Below, one piece after another: positions 44,013 to 56,488 of a stretch of DNA of 64,000 nucleotides. Under the pieces are notes generated by a model. That model saw only the letters and a program-made list of their open reading frames with translations, was not told where the DNA came from and did no database searches. The stretch lies in assembly GCF_009914755.1 (NCBI RefSeq), contig NC_060936.1, one strand, 5' to 3'. The position numbers and the translations under genes are program-made. This stretch comes from the human T2T-CHM13v2.0 reference genome, Homo sapiens. Position 1 is the stretch's first letter. Each line of letters begins with the position of its first letter.

Positions 44013-47000
44013 TTCAAAGCAGGCTGGACAGGATGGCCAGCTAGAAGCAGCTAGTGTGCATAGCTCTCATGGAGAGAAATAGAAGGGGCAAGGAAATACA
44101 GCACCTGCGATTGAAGCATCCGGGCTCACACATTGGGATTCATCAAGAAAACGAGTCAACCCACAGAGAATGGAGAAAAGCAACAACTGCCCACTCAGAA
44201 GTAACACAGAAACAGGGGAACCTCCCCAGCCCAGGGAAATGGTAAGTGAGTGAGCAAACCCCAGGAACCACAGTTTTCACATGGATCTTTGCAACCCTTG
44301 GGTCAGGAGATCCCCTGGTGAACCCACTCCACCAGGGCCTTCAGTCTGACAGACTGAGCTACGTAGAATCTTGGCGGAGCGGCCACTAAGACACACGTGA
44401 AGCACCAGGAGCTTTAGATACCGGGCTTCCTAGCAAAAGTGGCTGCAACTCTGCCAAAGCGAAAGGTTAGACTCCTATACATACACCTAAGAAAGGGGCT
44501 GAATCCAGGGGGCTGAGCAGCAATGGTGTGCAGGCTCCGCTTCCACAGAACCTGGCAGGATGAGACCCACTGGCTGAGAATTTCAGTCAGTCACTACGGT
44601 AGCAGCATTACACCTCCCTGAGACAGAGCTCCCAGAGGGAGGGGTGGGCTGCCATCTTTGCTGTTTTGCAGCCTTAGCAGTTACTGCCTTCAGTGCAGCC
44701 ACCCTAAGAAAAAGCAGTCAGACTGCTTTTCTTTTTTATGTGGGACCCTGACCCCTCTTCTCCTCACTGGGCAAGGACCTCCCAGCTGGTATCACCAGCC
44801 ACTCTCACCCAGTGTTTTCTAATTGGCAGTGGTTCCAAGCCTCTCTGGGATGAAGCTCCCACAGAGAGGGACAGGCTGCCATCTTTGCTCTTTCACAGCT
44901 TTAGCTGTTGTTGTTTTCAGGTGCTAGAGAGTCCGGGGTGACTTTAGGCTGGAGCAGTCCCGTGGCACAGCACAGCAGCTCTGTGGAGAAGCAGCCAGAC
45001 TGCTTTTTCATATGGATTCTGAATCCTATTTCTCTTCACTGGGCAGAATCTCCTGACTGAGGTCTACAACCACCCCTGTCAGTGTGTTCAGGCCAGCAAC
45101 AAGTCCATACCTCCCTTGGATAGAGACAGAGCTCCCAGAGAGAAGGGCAAGCCACTATATTTGCTGTTTCAAAGCCTTTGCTGTTGCTACCTTCACTGTA
45201 GGTGCTGAAAAATCCAAGGTGACTGGGGACTAGAGCAGACCCCCAGCATACTGCAGCCCTACAGAAAAGTGGCCAGACTGTTTGTTACATGGGTCCCCAG
45301 CCCTGTATCTCCTCAGTGGGTGGGTCCTCCTGGCCTGAGTCTCCAGCATCCCTCGTTAGGAATATCGAGACAGTAACAGCTCTGCAAATCCCTGAGACAG
45401 AGCTCCCAGTGGGAGGGGTGGGTTGCCACCTCTGCTGTTTTGCAGCCCTTGTCCTGCTGTCTCCAGGCTCTGGAGAGTCTGTGGAGATCAGGGGCTGGTC
45501 CAGACCCCCAGCACAGAGCACCCACCACACAGAAAAGTGGACATACTGTTTGCCACACAGGTCCTGGTCATCACTTCTTACTAGGCAGGGCTTCCCAACC
45601 TGGGACTGCAGCACAACTACCCTTCCCCTGCCTAACCACTTTAATCAGAGGCAGCCCACCAGTTAAAGGAACACCCACATTCAAAGATAAGAAAAAAAAA
45701 AATGCAGGAGCTCCAGCAACTCAAATGGCCAGTTATGTCCTCCAAATGACTGCACTAGTTCTCCAACAAGGGTTCTTAACTAGGCTGAGTTGGCTGGAAT
45801 GACAGAAATAGAATTAAGGATATGGATAGGAACAAAGATCATTGATGCTCAGGAGAACAGCAAAACCCAACCCATAAGAATCACAATAAAATAATACAGG
45901 AGCTGACAGATAAAATAGACAGTTTTTTAAATAGACAGTTTTTTTGTTTTTTTGTTTTTTTTTTTGAGACAGAGTCTCGCTCTGTCGCCCAGGCTGGAGT
46001 TCAGTGGCGTGATCTCGGCTCACCACAAGGTCCACCTCCCGGTTCACGCCATTCTCCTGCCCCAGCCTCCTGAGTAGCTGGGACTACAGGCACCCGCCAC
46101 TGTGCCCAGCTAATTTTTTTTTTTTGTATTTTTGGTAGAGACAGGGTTTCACTGTGGTCTCGATCTCCTGATCTCATGATCCGCCTGCCTTGGCCTTCCA
46201 AAGTGCTGGGATTACAGGCATGAGCCACCATGCCTGGCTAAATAGACAGTATTTTTAAAAACCCTAATAGATCTGATAAAGCAGAAAAACATGCTAAAAG
46301 TATTTTACGATACAATTACAAATATTAACAGCAGATTAGACCAAGCTGGGGAAAGAATTTTGGAACTTGAAGACTGGCTCTCTGAAATAAGACAGTCAGA
46401 CAAAAGTAAAGAGAAAAAGAATGAAAAGAAACGAACAAAACCTCTGAGACATATGGAATCAAGTAAAGAAGCCAAATCTATGAATTATTGACATCTCTGA
46501 AGGAATCGGGAGAAAGCAAACAACTTGGAAATATATTTCTGAATATAATCAATTGAAAACTTCCCCAACATTGCTAGAGAGGAAAACAATAAAACTCAGT
46601 AAATATAGAGGACCCCTGCAAGATTCTACAGAAGATAATCATCCCAAGACACATAACTATCAGATTTTCCAAGATTGAAATGAAAGAAAAAATATTAAAA
46701 GGAGCTAGAGAGAAAGGGAAGGTCACCTACAAAGGGAACACCATCAGGCTAACAGTGGACCTCTCAGCAGGAAATCTATAAGCCAGAAGAGGCTGGGGGC
46801 CTGTATTCAACATACTTAAAGAAAAAAAATCTTCAACCAAGAATTTTATATGAACCAAATTAAGCTTTCTCAGTGAAGGAGAAATAAGATCCTTTTCAAA
46901 TAAGCAAATGCTGATGGAGTCCGCTACCACCAGACCTGCCTTACAAGAGATCGTGAAAGGAGCACTAAATATAGAAAGGAAGCATTATTATCAGATGATA

Positions 47001-50000
47001 CAGAAACACACTTAAGTACACCGACCAGTGACACTCTAAAGCAAACACACAAACAAGCTGGCATGATAACCAGCTAACAATACAATTACAGGATCAAATC
47101 CACATGTAACAAAACTAAACTTGAATGTAAATGGGCTAAATACCACATTTAAAAAGAGTGGTCAACTGGATAGAAAAGCAAGACCCAGTGGTATGCTATC
47201 TTTAAGAGTCCCATCTCACACACAGTGACACAAATAGACTCAAAATAAAGGGATGGAAGAAAATCCACCAAGCAAATGGAAATCAGAAAAAAAAAGCAAG
47301 AGTTGTAATCCTAATTTCCAACAAAACAGACATTAAACCAACAAAGATAAGAAAAGAAAAAAAAAAGAGAAGGGCATTACATAATGGTAAAGCATTGAAT
47401 TCAACAAGAAGACTTAACTATCCTAAACATATATGCAGCCAACACAGGAACACCCAGATTCATGAAGCAAGTTCTTAGAGACCTACACAGAGATTAGACT
47501 CCCACACAATAATAGTGTGAGACTTCAACACTCCACTGACAGTACTAGACAGATCATTGAGGCAGAAAATTAACAAAGATGTTGAGGACCTGAACTCAAC
47601 ATTGGACCAAATGGATCTAACAGACGTCTTTGGAATTCTCCACCCAAAAACAACAGAACATACATTTTTCTTATTGCCACATGGCACATACTCTAAAATC
47701 AATCACACAATTGGACAAATAACAATGCTCAGCAAATTCAAAATAACCAGAATGATACCAAACACTTTCTCAGACCACAGCAAAATAAAAATAGAAATCA
47801 AGACTAAAAATATTGCTCAAAACTATGCAATTACATGGAAGTTAAACAGCTTACTCCTGAATGACTTTGGGGTATACAATGAAATTAAGGCAGAAATCAA
47901 GAAGTTCTTTGAAACTAATAAGAACAAAGTTACAACATACCAAAATTTCTGGGACACAGCTAAAGCAGTGTTAAGAGGGACATTTATAGCTCTAAACACC
48001 CACATCAAAAAGTTAGAAACATCTCAAATTAACAACCTAACATCACAACTAAAAGAACTAGGGTATCAAGAGCAAACCAACCCCAAAGCTAGCAGAAGAG
48101 TAACCAGATAAGAAATGACCAAGCAATATGAAATAACCAAAATCAGAGCTTAACTGAAGGAGATCAAGACACAAAAAACCTCAAAGAATCAATCAATCTA
48201 GGAGTTAATTTTTTGAAAAAATTAGTAAGATAGATAGGCCATTAGCTAGACTAACAAAGAAGAAAAGAGAGAAGATCCAAATAAACACAATTAGAAATGA
48301 CAAAGGGGACATTACCATTGACCTCACAAAAATACAGACAACCATCAGAGACTTACTTATGAGCACCTCTATGCGCACAAACTAGAAAACCTGAAAGGGA
48401 TGGATAAATTCCTGGACACCATCCCAAGACTGAACCAGGAAGAAATTAATTCCCTAAACAGGCCAATAATGAGCTCTGAAATTGAATCAGTAATAAATAA
48501 CCTAGTAACCAAAAAAAGCCCAGGATCAGAAAGATTCATAGCTGAATTCTACCAGATGTTTAAAGAAGAGCTGTAAAATTATTACTGAAACTGTTCCAAA
48601 AAATTGAGAAGAGACTTTTCCCCAGTTCATTCCATGAGGCCAGCATCATCCTGATACCAAAGCCTGGCAGAGACACAACAAATAAAGAAAACTTCAGGCC
48701 AAAATAACATTGATTCAAAGATTCTCAACTAAATATTTGCAAACCAAATCAGAAGCACATAAAAAAGCTAATTCACCACAATGAAGTAGGCTTCATCCCT
48801 GGGATGAAAGGTTGGGTCAACATATGCAAATCAATAAATGTAATTCATCACACAAATAGAACTAAACACAAAAACCACATGACTATCCCAATAGATGCAG
48901 AAAAGGCGTTTGATAAAATTCAACATCCCTTCATTTAAAAAAACTCAATAAACTAGATACCAAAGGAACCTATCTCAAAATAATAGATGCCATCTATAAC
49001 AAACCCACAGCCAACATCATACTGAATGGACAAAAGCTGGAAGCATTCCCCTTGAAAATCCGCACAAGTTAAGGATGTCTTCCCTCATCACTCCTATTCA
49101 ACATAGTATTGGAAGTCGTGGCCAGAGCAATAAGGCGAGAGAAATAAATAAAGGGCATCCAAATAGGAAGATAGGAAGTCAAGCTATCTCTGTTTGCAAA
49201 TGGCATGATACTATATCTCAAAAACCCCATTGTCTCAGCCCAAAAGCTCCTTAAGCTAACAGACAACTTCAGCAAAGTTTTGGGATACAAATCAACATAC
49301 AGAAAGGAGTAGCATTCCTATACACCAACAAAGTCAAGCCAACAGCCAAATCAAGAATGAAATCCCTTTCATAATTGCCATAAAAAGAATAAAATACCTA
49401 GGAACACAACTAACCAGAGAGGTGAATGATCTCTACAATGAGAATTACAAAACACTGCTCAAAGAAATCAAAGATGACACACAAATGGAAAAACATTCCA
49501 TGCTCATGGATAGAAAGATTAATATCATTAAAATGGCCATACTGCTCAAAACAATTTACAGAGTCAATGCTATTCCTGTCAAGCTACCAATGACATTCTT
49601 CACAGAACTGGAAAAAACTATTTTAAAATTCATATGAAACCAAAAACCAACAACAACAATAACAACCAAACAAAACAAAACAAAACAAAACAAAACAAAC
49701 ACCTGAATAGCCAACCCAATCCTAAGCAAAAAACAAAACTGGAGGCATCATGTTACCCAACTTCAGAACTATACTACAGGGAGACAGTAACTAAAACAGC
49801 ATGGTACTGATTAAAAAAAAAAAGACATATATATCAATAGAACAGAATAACGAGCCCAGAAATAAGGCTGCACACCTATAGCCAACCGTTTTTTGACAAA
49901 CCTGACAAAAGCAATGGGGAAAGCACTCCCTATTCAATACATGCTGCTGAGATAACTGGCTCACCATACGCAGAAGACTGAAACTGGACCCCTTCTTTAT

Positions 50001-51199
50001 GCCATATACAAAATCCACTCAAGATGGTATAAAGACTTACATATAAAACCCAAAACTATAAAAGCCCTAGAAGACAACCTAAACAATACCACTATGAACA
50101 TAGGAACAGGCAAAGATTTCATGATGAAGACACCAAAATCAATCACATCAAAAGGAAAAATTGAGAAATGGGATCTAATTAAACTTAAGAGCTTCTGCAC
50201 AGCAAAAGAAATAATTAACAGAGTAAGCAGAAAACCTACTGAATGAGAGAAAATACTTGCAAACTATGCATCTGACAAAGGTCTAATATGCACATCTATA
50301 AGAAACTTAAATTTACAGGAAAAAAAACAACCCCATTAAAATGTGGACAAAGGACATGAACAGACACTTTTCAAAAGAAGACATACATGTAGCCAAGAAG
50401 CATAGGAAAAATTACTCATATCACTGATCATTACAGAAATGCAAATCAAAACCAGTGAGGTACCATCTTACACCAGTCAGAATAGCTATTATTAAAAAGT
50501 CAAAAAATAACAGGTGCTGGAGAGGTTATGGAGAAAAAGGAATGCTTATACACTGTTGTTGGGAGTGTAAATTAGTCCAGCCCATTGTGGAAAGCAGTAT
50601 GGTGATTCCTCAAGAAGCTAGAAAGAGAACTACCACTTGACCTAGCAATCCCATTACTGGATATCTACCCAAAGAAATATAAATCATCCTATCATAAAGA
50701 CACATACACGTGTAGGCTTATTGCAACACTATTTACAATAGCAAAGAAATGGAATCAACCTAAATGCCCTCAATGGCAGGTTGGATGAAGAAAATATGGC
50801 ACATATACACCATGAAATGCTATGCGGTCATAAAAAAGAGCAAGATCATGTCCTCTTCAGGAACATGGATGGAGCTGGAGGCCACTATTCTTAGCAAACT
50901 AATGCAGGAACAGAAAACCAATTACCAAATGTTCTCATTTATAAGTGGGAGCTAAATTATGAGAACACATGAACACAAAGACAGGAACAACAGATACTGG
51001 AGTCTACTTGAGGGTGGACGATAGGAGGAGAGAGAGGATCAGAAAAAATAACTACAGGGAACCCATATAACAAACCTGCACATGTACCTGTGAGCTTAAA
51101 AGTTTTTTAAAAAAAGAAAGAAGATTAAAGTTTTAATCAGGAGATCTATTTATGGATCTATTAATAAATTAGATATGATTTTAAAATTAAAAAAAGGAA
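44013..51199 (+). mobile_element. Full-length, inactivated old L1PA (approx. L1PA13-16), sense to PIK3C2G
   Basis: 5' end ggctggacaggatggccagctagaagcagctagtgtg, a repetitive 5' UTR, ORF1 remnants (~45700-47010), ORF2 remnants (e.g. ORF 47557-48111, endonuclease/linker) and a 3' UTR. 12-bp TSD aagaaaaacagt at 44001-44012 and 51200-51211. Confidence 0.93.
45940..46238 (-). mobile_element. AluY (AluYd-like, 12-bp deletion) inserted in L1 ORF1
   Basis: Minus strand reads gagaccacagtgaaaccc (12 bp missing) and gggcacagtggcgggtgcc. TSD taaatagacagt at 45928-45939 and 46239-46250. Confidence 0.9.
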
Positions 51200-52236
51200 A
51201 AGAAAAACAGTGTGATGGGAATGTTAGGAACAAAAACTTGATTGGAATTGCTTAAGGGAGAATGTAAAGAAAGGAATTTGAGATAGAAAGCAGAAAGCAA
51301 TCCTTGCAGGAGCTTTGCTCTAAAGATGAAAGAGTGTGCAGAGAAATGTAGGTCAAGATTTTTCTTTGTTAAAATAAATTATAGCATCTTTATGAATTCC
51401 AGTGACCTAAGACCAGTAGGCAAGTGTGTTAACAAGAGGTAGAGGGCAGTATAGTCAGTAGACATGCTATTCAAATCAGGGCATTTTTATGAAGGAAGGA
51501 AAAATAGAGGTTAGAGGAGCAAGTAAATACAAAGAGGATGCCTACCCCACCTTCTTCTGGGACAAGGATTATTAAGAAAATGAGAGGGAACACAGATACC
51601 AATTCAGAGACTTAAAGGGGAAGAAGAATGGAGCACTCAGAGAATACAATTTGTTTAGCACATAAGGAATTTTGCCCATGGCATTCTCCAAGGCTAATTG
51701 CTGTCTTTTCTTTTTTCCACAATGCTCCATTTTCATCTTTCTTAAAACAAACAGGATTGTAATGCTTTTCTTCTTTACATTGATAAATAGGTCAAACTAG
51801 CCTTAAGCTAGAAGAGGAATGTCCTCTAGGTTCCCTATGAAATTCTCTCTTGCTCTCTCCTGCCTGTACCCCATCAGCACTCTTCACTTCTATAGTCCAT
51901 TTTCAGTGGTTACATAAGTGAGCCTGGACTTGGTAACCACACAGTCCCAGTTGTGTTTGTACTGATTCCAAACAATCATTTATTCTCTCTGGTATCCAAC
52001 TTTCTCATTTATAGTATACAGTAGTTAAATTCAGAGTTTTTTTTTTTTTTTCACCTGGGAAACTACAACCACTTGAGGAATTAAGCAGAAAAGAAACGTT
52101 CTTCATAATGTGAGAATCTTCTAGGTATTTCAGGACACTTAGGATAAGTGACATTGCCCATTAATTTCTAGTTGTATCCTCCAGTCCTTGACACAGCCAA
52201 AAGGATGGCCACATACTTTCCGAACACCTCATATTC

Positions 52237-52369
52237 CAGGATTGATAGATATAATATGGGTTACCCAGGTAAATTTGAATTTTCCATAAACCATAAAGTT
52301 TTTAGTAAAAGTATGTCCAAAATATTGTATGGGTACCCTCTGTTTTTATTACTCTAGCTGGTAACCCTA
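52237..52369. mobile_element. MER53-like hAT fragment
   Basis: cccaggtaaatttgaattttccataaac..ttttagtaaaagtatgtcc..ctggtaacccta. Confidence 0.55.
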
Positions 52370-53379
52370 CATATGGGGAACCCTCCTGCATACATCGTAG
52401 ACTATGTGAAAATGGCCCCTTAGAGTTGTGCGGTATCCAACCTACACTACTAAATGTGGCAACACTGCTTAGAGGTCAATACCAGTGGAGAACACCGGCA
52501 TAGGTTATTAATGAGAGCAAATGTAGCACTGATAATTCTATAAATCTTCAGACTATCTATTGGTGCAATGTGAAAAAAAGCTGTGGGAGGCATACATATA
52601 AGCAAAGTCAAGTCTCAGAAAATTTAAAAGTTGATCATTTTGAGATCCAGTAATATTACTTTTTGTACCTTCTTCATCTCTTTTATTGATTTATCCCTCT
52701 CTTGACTCTGGATCTTGTTTGTTTATTCCCAGGAGAGAAAATAACCTTGTTACAATAAGAAGTTAGTATTTAGTCATCCACACCCAGAATTATAAATGAG
52801 GACTTGAAGGATATGACGGTGTAAACACAAGGGAATAATTAGCTAGTAGTGACATTTCAGACACCAATTGGAAAGATTTCTTTCCTACTATTGAAGTTTA
52901 ATAACCATTGGATGGTGAGGTCAAAATGTCACCAAAGAAAAGTAATTGACTAGTTGTCAAAAGGCCAAAGAAGGTCAAATTTCCTTAAACAGATTCTGCA
53001 GTCTGAGGTTTGATTTTATGCTTTCAAAATAAAAAATCTTGACTCTGTCATCTCCTTGAATATGAGTCCATTTCTTAAAAGTAGACTTCTATTAAACAAG
53101 TTCACAAGAGATCAATTCACAGATGAAAATTGGCAACTGACTAATTTACAATGATACATAGAAGAAAATTGGTGACTAATTTACAATGATGCATAAACTG
53201 CTGTGCAGATAAGAATACCTGCATTTGAAACTGATGTATTCTACATTTGAAGACAGACATCAGTTTGTTTCTGTTAACTAGTATTTATTGAAAGAAACAC
53301 TGTTTTATTGAAGAGGAGCATAAGGGAATAAGTCACAATCTCTGTACTTGTATTTTACTAATATTAACAAGAGTGAAGA

Positions 53380-54790
53380 AAAGAGAACATGACAAACCCT
53401 GGGCAAATGGGTGGATAGGGGCAGAAAAGAAAGAGAAAGGAAAATATAGGAAGACAAGGAAGTGAGAGACCATGACACATTTGAGAAAGTAAATATAATT
53501 CAGCAAAGGTAAGCATTAAGCACCAGATGAGAAAGGGTGAGAGAAGAACATAGGGAAATGAGCAAGATCCCAGTCAAGAGCAGTCTTACAAGCTTTGTTC
53601 AGCAGTTGGTCTGTTTCCTAAGAGTAATGCAGAATCACTACAGGTTTTAAGCAGTTAATTATTAGATTTTCATTTTGAAAGATCTGTTGAGCAATTGTGT
53701 AGAGACTGGATTGGATTAAAGGGTAGCAAGATAAGTATAAAGGGCCCAAGATAAGCATTAAGGCTATAACATAGATGAGAATTGATGATGTTGGAACTAG
53801 ATGATATTAGTATACCTGGAAGAAGATGAATAGGTGAGCTATTTAGCAGGTACAATCGACAGGATTTAGCAATTAATTTTATGTATGGGGTGAGGAGAAC
53901 AGAGAGTCCAAGTAGGTACACTCTATTGTGAGCATGGACATAGGAGAAGCAGCAAATTGAGGTGAAGGAAAGGAAAAACTATTTAGTGGTACACTTTTGT
54001 GGTTTGATTTGTGCTTAGAAGAGTCAAGTGAACCAGTGAAAAGATATTTTGAGATAGAAGGCTTAGGTTTAGGAGACAAATCTGGAATAAATGTTTAGAT
54101 TTATGCATCATTATAGATGTCACCAAAGACCATAATATTACCCAGAAAGGATACATTAGAGTAATAAGAGAGATGGGCCTAGAAGTGAGAAACACTTAAA
54201 CTTAAATCACAAGCAAAAGGAAAAGGAGTCCACAAAAAAGTCTCAGAAGTGATGGCAATAGAAAGGGAAGACAGTCACTTGGGAGAACATGTAATATAAA
54301 AGCAAAGACAAGACAGAATTCACTAAAAATGGAATAGCTATATCATGACAAAGGAAATTCCCATTGGTTTTGAAATATATATGTATGTAGTTTTTAAGAG
54401 AGGGCTTGTTAGAGAAGATAATTAGAGCATTTTTCAGAGGACATTTAGTGGCAGAAACCTGAATGTAGTTGATCATAAAGTGAGTAGAAATTGAAGAAGT
54501 GGAATCAGTGTGAGTGCAGACAATTCTTCCCATAGGTTTGTTTGCATCAGGGAAGAGAAAAATAACACACAATTTGCAAGGGGCATTAATGACAAAATTC
54601 GATTTATGTGTGAGTATATTTTGGGTGGTTTGACTCACCTGTTTGTTAGTTTTTAAAATTGACAGAATTGACCATATTTTATGTTGATGAGGAAAAACGG
54701 AAGAAGAGTGAAGTGGCTAAAATATAGATGGGAATCTTCTACAAGGTTCCTGAGGAGGAACTAATAGAATCCAGGACACAGGTAAAGGGT
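53380..54790 (-). mobile_element. L2 fragments
   Basis: gattttcattttgaaagatc..aatcgacaggatttagcaattaatttt..ggagacaaatctggaataaatgtttag. Confidence 0.55.
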
Positions 54791-54794
54791 TCAG

Positions 54795-55222
54795 CATTAG
54801 ATGGTTTGCCAGGGCTGCCATAACAACCTACTATAAATTGGGTGACTTAAACAACAGAATGTTATTGTTTCACAGTTCTGGAAGCTAAAAGTCTGATATA
54901 AAGATGTCTGTAGGGTTGGTTCCTTCTGATGGCTATGAGGAAAGAATCTATTCCAGGTCTTTCTCCTTGGTTTGTAGATGGTCATCTTCTTCCTATGTCT
55001 CTTCACCTTGTCTTCCTTCTATGAGTGTGTCCACATTTCCTCTTTTTATAAAGACACCAGTCAATTGGATTAGGGGCCCACTCTACTCAAGTATTACCCC
55101 ATCCTAAGTTAGCTAATTACATCAGCAATGACCTTATTTCCAAATAATATCATGTCCTGGAGTACTGGTTATTAGAACTTTAAGATACGAATTTGGGAGG
55201 GGGAAATAATTCAACTATGACA
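54795..55222 (-). mobile_element. MaLR LTR (MLT1B/C-like)
   Basis: ccagggctgccataaca..gggtgacttaaacaacagaa..cacagttctggaagctaaaagtc..aattcaactatgaca. Confidence 0.8.
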
Positions 55223-55679
55223 GAGGGAAAGACACATTTTTTTTTCCATTGTAAGCGGATGGAAAGCTGTGTGTCTGTAGATTTTATGGCAGGAAGTTTA
55301 GGAATTTCCATCTGCCTTTTATTTTCTTGGAAGTAGAGACAGTCATTAGCAGAGAAGGAGTCAGAGTTGGAAGTTAAAGTCTCCTGGGGAAGAGTAGAAA
55401 AAGCCATTGGACAGAGTGAGAGAAAAGAACAGGGAGGCTGTCAGGCAGCTTTGACAGCTACTATGGCATCAGCCTGTGAAAGGTAGTCCAGGGAAATAAT
55501 CAATTATTCTTTGGTGCCCTTTAGATAATAATGTAAGATCTCATGGAGAGGACTACTTTGGTCATATAGTAGCTTCCAACAAAATGTATGCCAGTTTTAC
55601 TAAGGAAAAGCTGTTCTCAGACTTCCCAGTTAGCCATTCATTTGGAGATCAGGTTAAATGTCAATTTGTGATTATCACT

Positions 55680-55942
55680 ATTTAAAAGAGAAGCATGCAT
55701 CTCTGTACATAGTAAAATTATTTATAACTGAAATTTTTATTAAAGTAATATAATCTGTTTTCTCCACTTAATTGTGTTCTAAAGAGAGAGAATACCTTAT
55801 GCATCTTTCTGTCTTGATATATCCCCTGATTCTCTCTCTTTAGAAAACAATTAAGTGGAGAAAACAGATTATATTACTTTAATAAAAATTCTAGTTATAA
55901 ATAATTTTACTATGTACAGAGAACCATGCCTCTCTTTTAAAT
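55680..55942. repeat. Long inverted repeat: 114-bp arms, 35-nt spacer
   Basis: 55680-55793 matches the reverse complement of 55829-55942 at 108/114 positions with no indels (hand alignment). Confidence 0.95.
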
Positions 55943-56412
55943 TCCTCAGTGCTCTGAGTGTAGTCAGTACTCAGCGAGTATTCCTAGAATTGAACCTTGA
56001 GTAGTAGTGGTTACTCACTAACTGAGCCTGTCTGTCCCACTCACAGTAATTTTTCTCAGAAAGGCCATCCAAGGATACACCTTGTTTTCGAAAATTGAGA
56101 TGTGAAATGCATGCATATTTGTAAAATTCAAGAATGTGGACATTTATGATGAGGTCCAAGAGCAGAGCACACTTGAACCTCTTGAAGAAATGGAAAGTAA
56201 TCTGACCTTCAGTCACACAAAAGTTTAGTTTAACTTAATGGTAAGATGATAGCACTGACTTAATTAACCTTTCTAATATACTTTCTCTCTATTTGTAGAA
56301 TCTATAACAGGTATCTATTTTAAAATGATATATATGGCAATTTTATGTAATAATGAATAGCAGTAACAAATATAAGAAATAAAGAAATATTATGTTTCAT
56401 TTTGTTTTTCAG

Positions 56413-56488
56413 AGTGATTGTGTACTTAGCTTTTTCCTCTCTGAGGCTGTGCAACAAACAGTTGAAGAATCATCACCTGTGTACCTAG
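56413..56488 (+). CDS. PIK3C2G: PIK3C2G coding exon, end of PX and linker to C2: SDCVLSFFLSEAVQQTVEESSPVYL(G)
   Basis: Acceptor ttttgtttttcag|AGT and donor TAG|gtaagt; 76 nt, phase-0 start. V..FF is the PX C-terminal helix motif. Confidence 0.92.

Noticed and set aside
44013-51199. Retrotransposition-competent L1
   Set aside because: ORF1 is broken by an Alu, ORF2 is split by many stops and frameshifts, and an (AAAAC)n expansion lies at ~49640-49700.
53228-53266. Hairpin aaactgatgt...acatcagttt as a miRNA or terminator
   Set aside because: Only a 10-bp stem with a 19-nt loop; expected by chance in 64 kb of AT-rich DNA.
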